Shown piece by piece: positions 1 through 41,210 of a stretch of 64,000 bases of DNA. How positions within the stretch are numbered: the stretch's first letter is position 1; the number at the start of each line of letters is the position of its first letter. This DNA comes from the human T2T-CHM13v2.0 reference genome, Homo sapiens. The notes under the pieces are model-generated. The model ran no database searches, was not told where the DNA came from, and saw only the letters and a list, made by a program, of their open reading frames with translations. The DNA is taken from assembly GCF_009914755.1 (NCBI RefSeq), contig NC_060936.1; one strand, given 5' to 3'. Made by a program: the position numbers and the translations under genes.

Positions 1-1
1 A

Positions 2-281
<280 letters not shown>

Positions 282-382
282 AATAATAGAAACCAAAACT
301 GGGTTTTGATGTGATGAGTATCCCTATCAGAAACCCAAGCACCATTTTGGAAATGACCTATAGCTTATTTTTTACTCTAAAG

Positions 383-480
383 TAGGACCAATGAAGGAAT
401 TATTGGCATGCACTAAAGGAGATAGCAAGATGGGTCAGACACACATATGAGAGTCATTGGCAACACCCGGGTAATGTAAG
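383..480 (+). other. Candidate upstream non-coding IKZF4 exon
   Basis: T-rich tract + AAG/TAG tandem acceptor (382/385) and a strong donor AAG|GTAAGA at 481. Confidence 0.4.
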
Positions 481-1899
481 GTAAGATGTTGACTCTGACC
501 CCTTTCTTGTTTAAGGAGGGAAGGAGTTGGAATGGGTAAAGGCATTCAATATCTGCCACATGCTTGACAGAATGACAGGGATCAGGTAGACTCATTTAAT
601 TGGAAGAGACTTTATTAGAACAAAAGTCATGGCCTTGTGAGGAGCGAGCCAGTCCTCCTACCTCCTGCTCAGTTAAGCCTATTCAGAAAACCACTACTGA
701 GCAACAAGTACACTTGGGACCCTGCTTTAGTGCTGGGGAACACTCAGATGGATAAAATCCAGTCCCTACCATAAAGCAGGCAAATGAGAAACTACAAATC
801 CTGTGGAGCTCTTTTCAAACCTGTTTATGGAGAATATTGGATACTCATGGAGGTGATTTGCTTCACCGTGCTATGAAACCAAGTTTTCCCTGCTTTCAGC
901 AGATTGGCATGTCCTAGATAAGAAGTGGCCTCTGCACAGGATGGTTTTTGAATGGAAGTGGAGGCCAGGAACTCCTCCTCTGTACTTTGAGAATTTTAGA
1001 TGTCAGCAGCTACCTTAGAAAGGGAAAAGAGAAAGTCAAAGTAAGGCTACCATTAGCCCTGAAAAGTACCCCTCTTAGGACTGGGCATAGCTGCGCTCAT
1101 CACTGACCCATCTCTCCTGGAAGAGTCATATGGAAGCAGAGGGAAAGGCTGCAGCATGCAGCCCTCCCGAAGCACACTGCGGGCCTCCACAGGCCATCAT
1201 AGTTCTTCTGCTCCACGCCAGGTGACCTTCCCTCATCAGGCCACTTGATGAAAAGGGTATCTCTCCTGTTCTTCCAAGAGATTTGAATTCCTCACAGAAT
1301 GTGATTCAGAAAATCCATCTTTTCTCCCCTTTTCTCTTTTTAAAGGTACAGATCATTCCCTTCTGGGGCAGGGAAAAGGGGGAGATAAGCAGGAGTCTAT
1401 TAATTTATGGCACAGATAACCACCCCCTCCATTTTCCTATCTTTCAAGGGAAACAGAGTTGCTGAAACCCAGCTCCTGCCATTAATTGACTGAGCAGGGC
1501 TTGCCCCAAGTTTTCTGAGACTGTGAAATGTTTTAGAGAACTTTAGTAGAAAGGGATTCAGGGGTAGGCAGCCCGAAGTTTCACAGCCCCTCCCACCCCC
1601 AAATTCTTGGAATCAGAAAATGTAGTCTTCCAAAGTAGGTCAGTTTGTCAGTGAGCAGCTCCTCTGAAAGGGAAGGGAGCAGAGGCCTTGTCCTGATAGA
1701 GGGCGGATTCATCCAGGGCTTTCGGCTGCTGGGGCCCCAGGGGCACAGGAAGGGGGGGAAATGGGGAGACCGTACCAGCCTTTTTGCCCGGGATCTGAAA
1801 GGTCTCAGGGCCACGGAGCAACACTAGCCTGACACCAGACTCTGCTGGGCCCTCTCACTGCTGGAAAGGAGGAGGCTGTCAGTCCCCACATCTAGAGAG

Positions 1900-2339
1900 C
1901 AACCTTCCTCCTGGAGGAGGAGGGAAAGAGTTCGGTGGGGGAGGGGCTTTCTGCCTCTCTGAGAGCCTTGAAGCTGTCCGTGTCCTGGGCCCCATGACCT
2001 CTGGGGCCTTGGCTTCCCCAGCTGGCAGAGGATTGGGCCTTCCCTAGGGCCCCCCCTTTCTCCCTCCCACCCGCAGGCCCATCCATCTCTCTCTCTCTCT
2101 CTTGCACACACTCTTGCCTCTCTCAGGCATTTGTTGTGCAGTTCCTCTTTGTCTGCTGGGCACGAGGGGCAACAGCATCTGCCTTTCCCTCCCTGTGCAC
2201 ACACCCACCACCCACCCCCTTCACTGTCTTGGAAAAGGGATGCTGTAGCCTAGCATCTCCCCCACTATATACACATATACATTCTCTCCAGCCCCCTCCC
2301 CAAGCACATCCAAGCGTGCTCTCCCCTCTCCTTCTCTCC

Positions 2340-2389
<50 letters not shown>

Positions 2390-2562
2390 ACACACATACA
2401 CCCTGGGCTGAGCTGCTCTTGCTGGCTGCAGCCGTGGGCCTCTGCTCACCGTGCCGCTGCTGCTGCCTGCGAAATGACGGCGGTTCCCCTCACTTCCAGG
2501 AATCCACGCTTCCTGGAAGGTGAGTGGCTGGGCTCACCCCTGCCTGCCACTGAGACGCAGAC
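1900..2562 (+). promoter_or_regulatory. IKZF4: IKZF4 proximal promoter / 5'UTR, with STAT GAS sites
   Basis: Pyrimidine-rich region, CpG cluster ~2430-2670, GAS motifs TTCCAGGAA 2494-2502 and TTCCTGGAA 2510-2518. Exact TSS not determinable. Confidence 0.7.
2341..2386. repeat. Compound microsatellite (TC)10(AC)13
   Basis: Read directly. Confidence 0.97.
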
Positions 2563-16395
<13,833 letters not shown>

Positions 16396-19300
16396 CAACC
16401 TCTCCCTCTCTCCTCAGTCCACCACTCCACTGCCCTGACTACAGGCATTGATCCCTGTCCCCACCATTTCCCAAGGAGTTTTGCTTTGTAGCCCTCACTA
16501 CTGGCCACCTGACCTCACACCTGACCCTGACCCCTCCTCACCTATTCTCTTCCTCTATCCTGACCGATGTAAGCATTGTGATGAAACAGATCTTTTGCTT
16601 ATGTTTTTCCTTTTTATCTTCTCTCATCCCAGCATACTGAGTTATTTATTAATTAGTTGATTTATTTTTGCCTTTTTAAATTTTAACTTATATCAGTCAC
16701 TTGCCACTCCCCCACCCTCCTGTCCACAACTCCTTTCCACTTTAGGCCAATTTTTCTCTCTTAGATCTTCCAGCAGCCCCAGGGGTAGGAAGCTCCTCTT
16801 AGTACTAAGAGACTTCAAGCTTCTTGCTTTAAGTCCTCACCCTTTACATTATCTAATTCTTCAGTTTTGATGCTGATACCTGCCCCCGGCCCTACCTTAG
16901 CTCTGTGGCATTATATCTCCTCTCTGGGACTCTTCAACCTGGTACTCCATACCTCTTGTGCCCTCTCACTTTAGGCAGCTTGCACTATTCTTGAATGAAT
17001 GAAGAATTATTTCCTCATTTGGAAGTAGGAGGGACTGAAGAAATTCTCCCCAGGCACTGTGGGACTGAGAGTCCTATTCCCCTAGTAATAGGTCATATTC
17101 CCCTAGTAATATGAGTTCTCAAAGCCTACATTCAGGATCTCCCTCTAGGATGTGATAGATCTGGTCCCTCTCCTTGAACTACCCCTCCACACGCTCTAGT
17201 CCCTTCAACCTACCGGTCTATTAAGTGGTGGCTTTTCTCTCCTTGGAGTGCCCCAATTTTATATTCTCAGGGGCCAAGGCTAGGTCTGCAACCCTCTGTC
17301 TCTGACAGATTGGGAGCCACAGGTGCCTAATTGGGAACCAGGGCATGGGAAAGGAGTGGGTCAAAATTCTTCTCTTTCTCCTCCACCTCTCAAACTTCTT
17401 CACTATAGTGACCTTCCTAGGCTCTCAGGGGCTCCTTCAGTCCCCATCCTATGAGAAACTAGTGGGTTGCTGCCTGATGACAAGGGGTTGTTTCAGCCCC
17501 TCAGTCATGCTGCCTTCTGCTGCTCCCTCCCAGCAGGATTCACCCTCTCATTCCCGGGCTCCTGGGCCCTGTTCTTAGGATCAGTGGCAGGGAGAAACGG
17601 GTATCTCTTTTCTCTCTTCTAATTTTCAGTATAACCAAAAATTATCCCAGCATGAGCACGGGCACGTGCCCTTCACCCCATTCCACCCTTGTTCCAGCAA
17701 GACTGGGATGGGTACAACTGAACTGGGGTCTTCCTTTACTACCCCCTTCTACACTCAGCTCCCAGACACAGGGTAGGAGGGGGGACTGCTGGCTACTGCA
17801 GAGACCCTTGGCTATTTGAGTAACCTAGGATTAGTGAGAAGGGGCAGAAGGAGATACAACTCCACTGCAAGTGGAGGTTTCTTTCTACAAGAGTTTTCTG
17901 CCCAAGGCCACAGCCATCCCACTCTCTGCTTCCTTGAGATTCAAACCAAAGGCTGTTTTTCTATGTTTAAAGAAAAAAAAAAGTAAAAACCAAACACAAC
18001 ACCTCACAAGTTGTAACTCTTGGTCCTTCTCTCTCTCCTTTTCTCTTCCCTTCCTTCCCCTTCCATCTTTCTTTCCACATGTCCTTTCCTTATTGGCTCT
18101 TTTACCTCCTACTTTTCTCACTCCCTATCAGGGATATTTTGGGGGGGGATGGTAAAGGGTGGGCTAAGGAACAGACCCTGGGATTAGGGCCTTAAGGGCT
18201 CTGAGAGGAGTCTACCTTGCCTTCTTATGGGAAGGGAGACCCTAAAAAACTTTCTCCTCTTTGTCCTCCTTTTTCTCCCCCACTCTGAGGTTTCCCCAAG
18301 AGAACCAGATTGGCAGGGAGAAGCATTGTGGGGCAATTGTTCCTCCTTGACAATGTAGCAATAAATAGATGCTGCCAAGGGCAGAAAATGGGGAGGTTAG
18401 CTCAGAGCAGAGTAGTCTCTAGAGAAAGGAAGAATCCTCAACGGCACCCTGGGGTGCTAGCTCCTTTTTAGAATGTCAGCAGAGCTGAGATTAATATCTG
18501 GGCTTTTCCTGAACTATTCTGGTTATTGAGCCCTTCCTGTTAGACCTACCGCCTCCCACCTCTTCTGTGTCTGCTGTGTATTTGGTGACACTTCATAAGG
18601 ACTAGTCCCTTCTGGGGTATCAGAGCCTTAGGGTGCCCCCATCCCCTTCCCCAGTCAACTGTGGCACCTGTAACCTCCCGGAACATGAAGGACTATGCTC
18701 TGAGGCTATACTCTGTGCCCATGAGAGCAGAGACTGGAAGGGCAAGACCAGGTGCTAAGGAGGGGAGAGGGGGCATCCTGTCTCTCTCCAGACCATCACT
18801 GCACTTTAACCAGGGTCTTAGGTACAAAATCCTACTTTTCAGAGCCTTCCAGCTCTGGAACCTCAAACATCCTCATGCTCTCTCCCAGCTCCTTTTGCAT
18901 AAAAAAAAAAGTAAAGAAAAAGAAAAAAAAATACACACACACTGAAACCCACATGGAGAAAAGAGGTGTTTCCTTTTATATTGCTATTCAAAATCAATAC
19001 CACCAACAAAATATTTCTAAGTAGACACTTTTCCAGACCTTTGTTTTTTTGTGTCAGTGTCCAAGCTGCAGATAGGATTTTGTAATACTTCTGGCAGCTT
19101 CTTTCCTTGTGTACATAATATATATATATACATATATATATATATTTTTAATCAGAAGTTATGAAGAACAAAAAGAAAAAATAAACACAGAAGCAAGTGC
19201 AATACCACCTCTCTTCTCCCTCTCTCCTAGGGTTTCCTTTGTAGCCTATGTTTGGTGTCTCTTTTGACCTTTACCCCTTCACCTCCTCCTCTCTTCTTCT

Positions 19301-19500
19301 GATTCCCCTCCCCCCCTTTTTTAAAGAGTTTTTCTCCTTTCTCAAGGGGAGTTAAACTAGCTTTTGAGACTTATTGCAAAGCATTTTGTATATGTAATAT
19401 ATTGTAAGTAAATATTTGTGTAACGGAGATATACTACTGTAAGTTTTGTACTGTACTGGCTGAAAGTCTGTTATAAATAAACATGAGTAATTTAACACCT
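16396..19500 (+). other. IKZF4: IKZF4 3'UTR
   Basis: Alu-free tract from the stop codon to AATAAA at 19476-19481; AT-rich, TGTA-rich distal end. Confidence 0.85.
19476..19481 (+). terminator. IKZF4: IKZF4 distal polyadenylation signal AATAAA
   Basis: Multiple upstream TGTA elements (19387-19455) and a downstream GT-rich element (GGTTGTTTTTG ~19503). Confidence 0.85.
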
Positions 19501-20284
19501 CTGGTTGTTTTTGCAGACTTCCTTTGCCTTGCTTTTCTACTAAGAGGGAGGGGTCCTCCTTGCAGTATGTTATACCAACTACTGAACAGTTTAGGAGGTA
19601 AACAAAAACGAAGAATTTTCAGCCTAGACTGGGAAATGGAGGAGATTTTCCTACCAGGAAGGAGTGCCTTCAGGATAGGAGAGAAAGTCTGACTTGCCTG
19701 TCTACCCAAAGTAGAAATTAATCAAACATTTGTTGAGTACCTACTGTGCACAAAACACATTCTATGCCCAGGGTGAAATAATGCGAATGATGACAATCAT
19801 AGGGTCTACCACTGCTTGAGCATCTCATAAATGCTAAGTACTCATTGAATTGTAGAAACACCTACAAAAGGATGATCACAATTATTGGTAAAAAAATAAA
19901 AGCCCAAGAGAGAATAAATACCTTATCCAAGGCTCATCAGCCAGTAAGTGACAGAACCAGAATTTGAACCCAGGGGTGTGTGATCCAAAGCATGTGCTCA
20001 TCGCTTTATGCCAGGGAATGCAGCCAGTGAAACCCCTAAGCTAGAAAAATCCAAAGTAGGAACATAAATTTGTTTCTGTCTTAAATAGTAACTATTTTCT
20101 GTTCTCTTCACTCTGAACTTTTTTATGTTCTCTTCCATCTACCTCATTGCTATTCCATATAGTAATGTCTGCCTTCTGTTTTCCACAAGATTACAGTGAA
20201 GTGAAAATTAGAGACACTCCTATCTAGAGTCTATTATTTTCCATGTCCCACTGAAACTGGCAAATTCAAAGTCAAAACAGACAG

Positions 20285-21860
<1,576 letters not shown>

Positions 21861-21909
21861 AAGGCTTAAGTCTTTCCGATGGCTCTTCAGAGGTAAATGG
21901 AGCTTACAC

Positions 21910-22180
21910 ATAATCTTTCAATTAGGGGTCAGATTCACTAATGAGTGGTGAAATAATTTTCGTGGTTTTTGATCAGCATTTATTAAAATAGAGAACAGAA
22001 AGATTAAGTAAAAATAAAGAATAGAACATACCAGCACACCTATGACAAGGGTAAGTATCGTTTCATAAAGCTTGTGTTTCAGTTTTGCATGTGCATGTAA
22101 TCGTGTTTGTGTGTGTACTGGGTACCAATGTAAAATGTATTCGTGCTATGAATCTGGGTGAAAAACGTTTAAGTCATTAG
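21910..22180. mobile_element. Diverged hAT-Charlie/MER-type DNA transposon remnant
   Basis: AAGGGTAAGTATCGTTTC...GTACTGGGT..ATGTAAAATGTATT pattern recognised from memory; subfamily uncertain. Confidence 0.55.
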
Positions 22181-22699
22181 TCCAGGCTATTCCTCCATCC
22201 ATTTGTTAGGTGACATACAGCATAGTACAGCGGAGCCAGAATACCTACTGCACGTCAGTTCTTCAATCTTTTTTTTTAATTGATTTATTTATTTTTGAGA
22301 CAGAGTTTCGATCTTTTTACCCAGGCTAGAGTGCAGTGGCGCGATCTCGGCTCACTGGAAACTCCGCCTCCCAGGTTCAAGATTCTCCTGTCTTAGCCTC
22401 CTGAGTACCTGGGATTACAGGCGCCCACCACCAGGCCGGGCTAAATTCTTCAATCTTTAAAGTGAGGATAATAATAGTAGCTACCTATAGGCTTGCTCAA
22501 AGTTAAATGAGTTAATATTTATAAAGACGCTTACCACAGGGCCAGGCACTGTGCCAGAGATAAAAAGATGAATGAGAAATAGCCCCAGCCTCAATGCACT
22601 TCATTGTGGGATTTTCTCCATATTGGAAGGAGGGATTCACAAAATGCTTGTTTCCTCTCAGGCCTTCCTCTTCGTAATCCTACACCTACCTAGTAGAAG

Positions 22700-25219
<2,520 letters not shown>

Positions 25220-25265
25220 GGAGCTGAGTTCTTAAAGACTGAAGACAGGCTATTCTCTGGAGAAA

Positions 25266-25271
25266 AATAAA
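25266..25271 (+). terminator. RPS26: RPS26 polyadenylation signal AATAAA
   Basis: 47 nt after the stop codon, followed by GT-rich sequence. Confidence 0.92.
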
Positions 25272-25401
25272 ATGGAAATTGTACTTAATATTGCATGTTA
25301 AGTGTATCTGTGCCAGATAAGGTGGGGATTTTGTGTGTTAGACCAAGTGTGAAGTGACACACATTATTTTCATGGGGAAGAAAGCTTATTCATGTAATTT
25401 A

Positions 25402-25708
<307 letters not shown>

Positions 25709-26301
25709 CTATTTATGTAAATTAAACTTTAATTGTGGTCGTATGGTTGGCCTCACAATTCGCATAGCTGTGTGAAATGGAGATTAGGCATCTGAATTTT
25801 GGATTTAACCACATCAAGTTTAAGTTGGCATCCTAAAAATGGGTAAACATTAGGAGAATGAGGAAAAGCTATTAGTTGAGTGAGGAGCACATTGGGAAGT
25901 GACCTAAACTGAGGTGTTTATACCCCTGGAGGGGGAACTTGAATAGTGGATGTATGACTTGGATAGCTTCAGAGCATAAAAGGATTAATGTTCAGATGCT
26001 CATCTTCCTACCTTGGAAAAGACACTAAAGGCATTTCTAGAAACGAGACATCCCGGAAATATAAGGTAGAGAAAGGCTCTACCTTATTTTTGTCTGTATG
26101 ACAATAGTTTAATTTGTCCTAGAATTCAGGAAAAAAAAAATCTATTTGGGAGTAAATTGTTACTGACTTCGCCAGTGAAAGGTAACACCTGTATAGCTTG
26201 GAGATTTTAGACACTTGGGAGTCACCTGCACCCCTGCCCCCTTTCAAGCAGTTCTGCCTCAACCTCCCAAATAGCTGGGATTACAAGCATGCACCAGCTA
26301 G

Positions 26302-26520
<219 letters not shown>

Positions 26521-26999
26521 TGACTTGACTGTCAGTACACCAGTGTTTGTACTGGAATATCTGTGGCAAACCCGGAGTGTGTAAGAGCACTGAATGTAGG
26601 CGATAATCTATATCCTTCAGGGAGTCTCAAGACATCAGTGCCCCTTGCAACCTGATCACACCAAGGGTAAACAGGAAGTGATAGAAGAAAATTAAGAGGT
26701 CCAAGGCAAAAATGGGTACTGAATCTGAGTGATCCCAAAGTCCAGCTTGCTCAACAGAACCAGATTCAAATAGTAAATCGTGATTGTGGGTGTACTTACA
26801 GAGCTGATCCAAGATTCCTCTTGAAGTGTCTAGAGTCACAGCCTGTCACGTGGGTCCTAACTACTACCTCTTCTGTGGGTTTACAAACTCACAACATACT
26901 CTGCATTCTAAGCGCAGAGTATGTTGTTTGATTGTCTCCATAGATTCTACTTTCAAGAACCTAGCTGGTAAGAATTGACTTAGTTTTTCGTCTTAATAA

Positions 27000-27406
<407 letters not shown>

Positions 27407-28349
27407 TGATGATGAATCCTGGGTTCCAGAAAGCTGTGAAAGGGTTTCAGGAGATGGGGAAGAGTGCAAATGGGGTCAGAAAGGACTGCATGAGAACCAG
27501 AATCTGAGAGACGTGGAATGAGCTGGAGGCCTGGGCTTCTGGTGGTGACTGCACGAATAGGTGCAACTGAGCCATGGTGAACATCATGCTCACAAGCCAA
27601 GTGTGCAGTGTGACTTGGAGTCCCAACTCACTATCTACAGGCCCAGGGACCCTGACTTCACAGCTGCCTCCCAAGGCTATTTTCCTAACCTTTTCTCTCT
27701 ACTCTCTTAGATCAGTGTTGGACTCATCATTTCTGAAATATGAGAATGTGTGGGAAGGCAGCAAGGTGAGATAGGCCCAGAAACATTGGGAGGGGTGTGG
27801 GGAGCACTAGGAGAGGAGGAGATCGATTGGGGTGGGGAAGAGGAATACAGTCTCCCTCCCACATCCCTGGACCCCAGAAAGAAGTCCTGAAGACACATCC
27901 TTTTTTCTAGTATAATGCACTATTTACCCTGATTCAGGCACTCTGAATGAAAGGTGACTTCCGGATCAGGCGCCCTGGCTCACAGCTGTAATCCCAACAC
28001 TTTGGGAGGCTGAGGCGGGTGGGTCACCTAAGGTCAGGAGTTTGAGACCAACCTAACCAACACGGGGAAACCCCATCTCTACTAAAAAATACAAAATTAG
28101 CCGGGCGTGATGGCACGCGCCTATAATCCCAGCTACTTGGGAAGCTGAGGCAGGAGAATAGTTTGAACCTGGAAGTGGAGGTTGCAGTGAGCCAAGATCA
28201 TGCCACTGCACTCCAGCCTGGCGAAAGTGCGAAATTCTTTCTGGAAAAAAAAAAAAAGAAAAAGAAAATTGGGTGACTTTCTCAGGCTACAGTTAAAGAT
28301 GATGTCATGAGTAGTTAACCAGGCCTCATTGATGTTAGTACCTCGGGAT

Positions 28350-28560
28350 GACCATAGAGGGCAGTGTCGTGCAGGAGTTAAGAGCCCAGCTTCGGAGTCT
28401 GACAGACCTAAGTTTGAGTCCTTCCTTCGCTCTTTGGTAGCTTTGTGTGTAGCTTTGGGCAAGTTACTCTATCTAAACCTCCAAAAATTAATTTAAAAAC
28501 ACTTCACAAGAACATTTTGAGAACTAAATGAAATAATCTTTGCAAAGGACTTTGCAAAGA
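28350..28560 (+). mobile_element. MIR
   Basis: GTTAAGAGCCCAG...GGAGTCTGACAGACCTAAGTTTGAGTCC...TTGGGCAAGTTACT. Confidence 0.75.
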
Positions 28561-28635
28561 ACCTGCCAGATAGGCCGGGCGCGGTGGCTCACGCCTGTAA
28601 TCCCAGCACTTTGGGAGTCCGAGGCGGGTGGATCA

Positions 28636-28899
<264 letters not shown>

Positions 28900-28964
28900 T
28901 TACAAATGGCAGTGGTTACTATTTTTGGCCCAGTCTTACTCTGTAAGTCTTAAAAAAAAAATCA

Positions 28965-34297
<5,333 letters not shown>

Positions 34298-34996
34298 GGC
34301 TGGGCGTGGTGGCTCACACCTGTAATCCCAGTACTTTGGGAAGCTGAGGCAGGTGGATCACGAGGTCAGGAGTTCAAGACCAGCCTAGCCAAGAAGTGAA
34401 ACCCCGTCTCTACTAAAAATACGAAAATTAGCCGGGCATGGTGGCAGGCACCTGTAATCCCAGCTACTCGGGAGGCTGAGGTAGAAAACTGCTTGAATCC
34501 AGGAGGCAGAGGTTGCAGTCAGCCGAGATCTCACCACTGCACTCCAGCCTGGGCGACAGATCGAGACTCCATTTCAAAAAAAATAAACAACTAACATCAG
34601 TCACTTTCTTGGGATAGTCCCTCCTATCCGGGAAGTTAACTCAGGAGACCAAACTATAAAACTAAGGCTTGTTTCATCAGCACAGGATTAGGGCTGGAGT
34701 AGTAAATTGCTCCTCTACTCTAGGGACAGTTTTATCTAGGAAAGATAATCATTTCTGTATAAACACAACAAGCTCTCTATGACTCTATAAACAAGATACA
34801 CTTCTAGTAATCATTCTTTTTTGTTTTTGTTTCTTGGGGGTTTTTTATTGAGATGGAGTCTCACTCTTGCCAGATTGAAGAGCAGTGGCACCATCTCAGC
34901 TCACTGCAACCTCTGCCTCCTGGGTTCAAGCGATTCTTCTTGCCTTAGCCTCCCGAGTAGTTGGGATTGCAGGCATGTGCCACCATGCCCAGCTAA

Positions 34997-35140
<144 letters not shown>

Positions 35141-36089
35141 TGAGTAGCTGGGATTACAGGCACCCACCACCACGCCCAGCTAATTTTTTTTTTTTTTTTT
35201 TTTTTTTTTGGAGACAGAGTCTCACTCTGTCGCCCAGGTTGGAATGCAGTTGCGTGATCTCGGCTCACTGCAACCTCCGCCTCCCGGGTTCAAGCAATCC
35301 TCTGCCTCAGCCTCTCAAGTAGCTGGGATTACAGGCATCCGCCACCACACTCGGCTAATTTTTGTATTTTTAGTAGAGAAGGGGTTTCACCATGTTGGCC
35401 AGGCTGGTCTTGAACTCCTGACCTTGTGATCCACCTGCCTCGGCCTCCCAAAGTGCTGAGATTACAGGCGTGAAACACCGTGCCTGGCCTAATTTTTATA
35501 TTTTTAATAGAGACAGGGTTTCACCATGTTGGCCAGGATGGTCTCGATCTCCTGACCTTGTGATCCGCCCGCCTCAGCCTCCCAAAGTGCTAGGATTACA
35601 GGCGTCAGCCACCATGCCCGACCGTTTTCTAGTAATCTTTCTAAATTCTCCTCTTAAAAAACAATTACAGCATGTAATCCCAGCACTTTGGGAGGCCGAG
35701 GCAAGCGGATCAGGAGGTCAGGAGGTTGAGACCATCCTGGCTAACATGGTGAAACCGTCTCTACTAAACATACAAACAATTAGCCGGACATGGTGGCATA
35801 CGCCTGTAGTCCCAGCTACTCAGGAGGCTGAGGCAGGAGAATCGCTTGAACCTGGAGGCGGAGGTTGCAATGAGCCAAGATCATGCCACTGCATTCCAGC
35901 CTGGGCGACAGAGCGAGACTCCGTCTAAAAAAAAAAAAAAAAAATTACACATGCATTTGCTATGTTTGTGCATGGAATATTTCCAGAATGATTCTCAAGA
36001 AACTATTAACAGTTGTTGCCTCCAGGGAAAAGAAATGGGTGACTGGAGGGCAAATGGAAGAGAGATTTCTTTTTCAGTGCTGTGGTACT

Positions 36090-38030
<1,941 letters not shown>

Positions 38031-38077
38031 GCATGCATGTATGGGGGCGCATGGGAAGGATGCAGGTGGCAGGCAGT

Positions 38078-38600
<523 letters not shown>

Positions 38601-38803
38601 GGTTGCAGTGAGCCAAGATCGCGCCATTGCACTCCAGCCTGGGCAACAAGTGCAAAATTCTGTCTCAAAAAAAAAAAAAAAATTGGTCTGGGTGCACCAA
38701 TTTTACTAGTCCCTGGATGTTTCAAAGATAAATCAGATGCAGGCCAGGTGGCTCATGCCTGTAATCCCAACACTTTGGGAGGCCGAGGCAGAGGATTACT
38801 TGA

Positions 38804-39076
<273 letters not shown>

Positions 39077-39241
39077 TAGCCAGGATGGTCTCGATCTCCT
39101 GGCCTCGTGATCCACCCACCTCGGCCTCCCAAAGTGCTGGGATTACAGGCGTGAGCCACAGCACCTGGCCTCTTGCTTTCTTGCTTTCCTCTCTCTTTCT
39201 TTCTTCCTTCCCTCTCTCTCTTTTCTTTTCCTTTTCTTTAA

Positions 39242-39373
<132 letters not shown>

Positions 39374-39957
39374 TGAGTAGCTTACAGGCACCTGCCACCA
39401 CGCCCAACTAATTTTTATATTTTTAGTAGAGACAGGGTTCACCATCTTGGCCAGGCTGGTCTTGAACTCCTGACCTTAGATGATCCGCCTGCCTTGGCCT
39501 CAACTTAGACCTTAGCATCACCAAAAACTGTACCATCTTAGAAATTTCAACCCCAAATCTCCAATAATCTCCTTTTAGCTCACTTACTCAACCATGCCAC
39601 CTCAACAATTTGTGTCCTTCACGTTCACTGCAATCCATTGATCTTACCATTTCCCCAGCATCCAGCAGTCTCCACATATTTCTTCAAGAATCTTGGTTTC
39701 TTTAATGAGAAATGATAATTAGAGTTGGGCATAGTGGCTCACACCTGTAATCCCTGTGACTTGGAAGACTGAGGCAAGATGATCACTTGAGTCCAGGAGT
39801 TTGAGACCAGACTGGGGAAAAATAGTGCCCAATGGTCTCCACAAAAATAAAAAACTTGGCTGGGGGGCTGGGTGTGGTGGCTCACACCTGTAATCCCAGC
39901 AATTTGGGAGGCTGAGGAGGGTGGATCACCTGAGGTCAGGAGTTCGAGATCAACCTA

Positions 39958-40146
<189 letters not shown>

Positions 40147-40871
40147 TCAAAAAAATAAAAAGTGAAAAAAAACTTGGTAGGGTGCTGTGGCATGTACCCA
40201 TAGTTCCAGCTACTTGGGAGGATGAGGCAGGAGGATTGCTGCAGTAAGCTATGATTGGGTCACTGCACTCCTGCCTGAACAACAGAGTGAGACTCAACTG
40301 TAAAAGAAAAAAAAAGGTCATTAGAGACTACCATCTCTGCACCAGGATGCTCATTACTATTGAAGATGCTCATTACTATTGGGTTTGTCAAATTTGGGAC
40401 TACAAAACTACAAAAAGTCTGTGTTTTCTTTCTTCCATCAAGAGTCATGGTTCTTACGGACACAGAAATGGGAGAATTAGAACATTCCATAATTCCTTAT
40501 TTGTTTTATCCTACACAATACATTAAACAGTCTCAGAATAACTAGTAGTACTACCTTCGTCATTATGATTACTAAAAACATATTTAAACTTTTTTTGTAA
40601 ATGCTATTTCCTTTCTCCTTATTTTTTATGGTTATAATGTCTACATTATCAGATCATATGGCCATTACATACTATACTCTCTCTTTTACCTTCATTAGTC
40701 TCATTTCCATGAGTAACTAATATACAGTACTGACTCTCAGCCCTTCTGTTGACATCTCTCTAGTTGTCTGAAGTGCACTCTCTAGTGGATTTCTCAGGAA
40801 GGGGTCGTGGGAAAAATAATCCCTGAGTCCCTACATATTGATAACAATTTGTCTGTGCCCATTATCGTTGA

Positions 40872-41210
<339 letters not shown>

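Noticed and set aside
40346-40381. Tandem duplication GATGCTCATTACTATTG x2
   Set aside because: Two-copy slippage inside old repeat-derived DNA; no sign of function.
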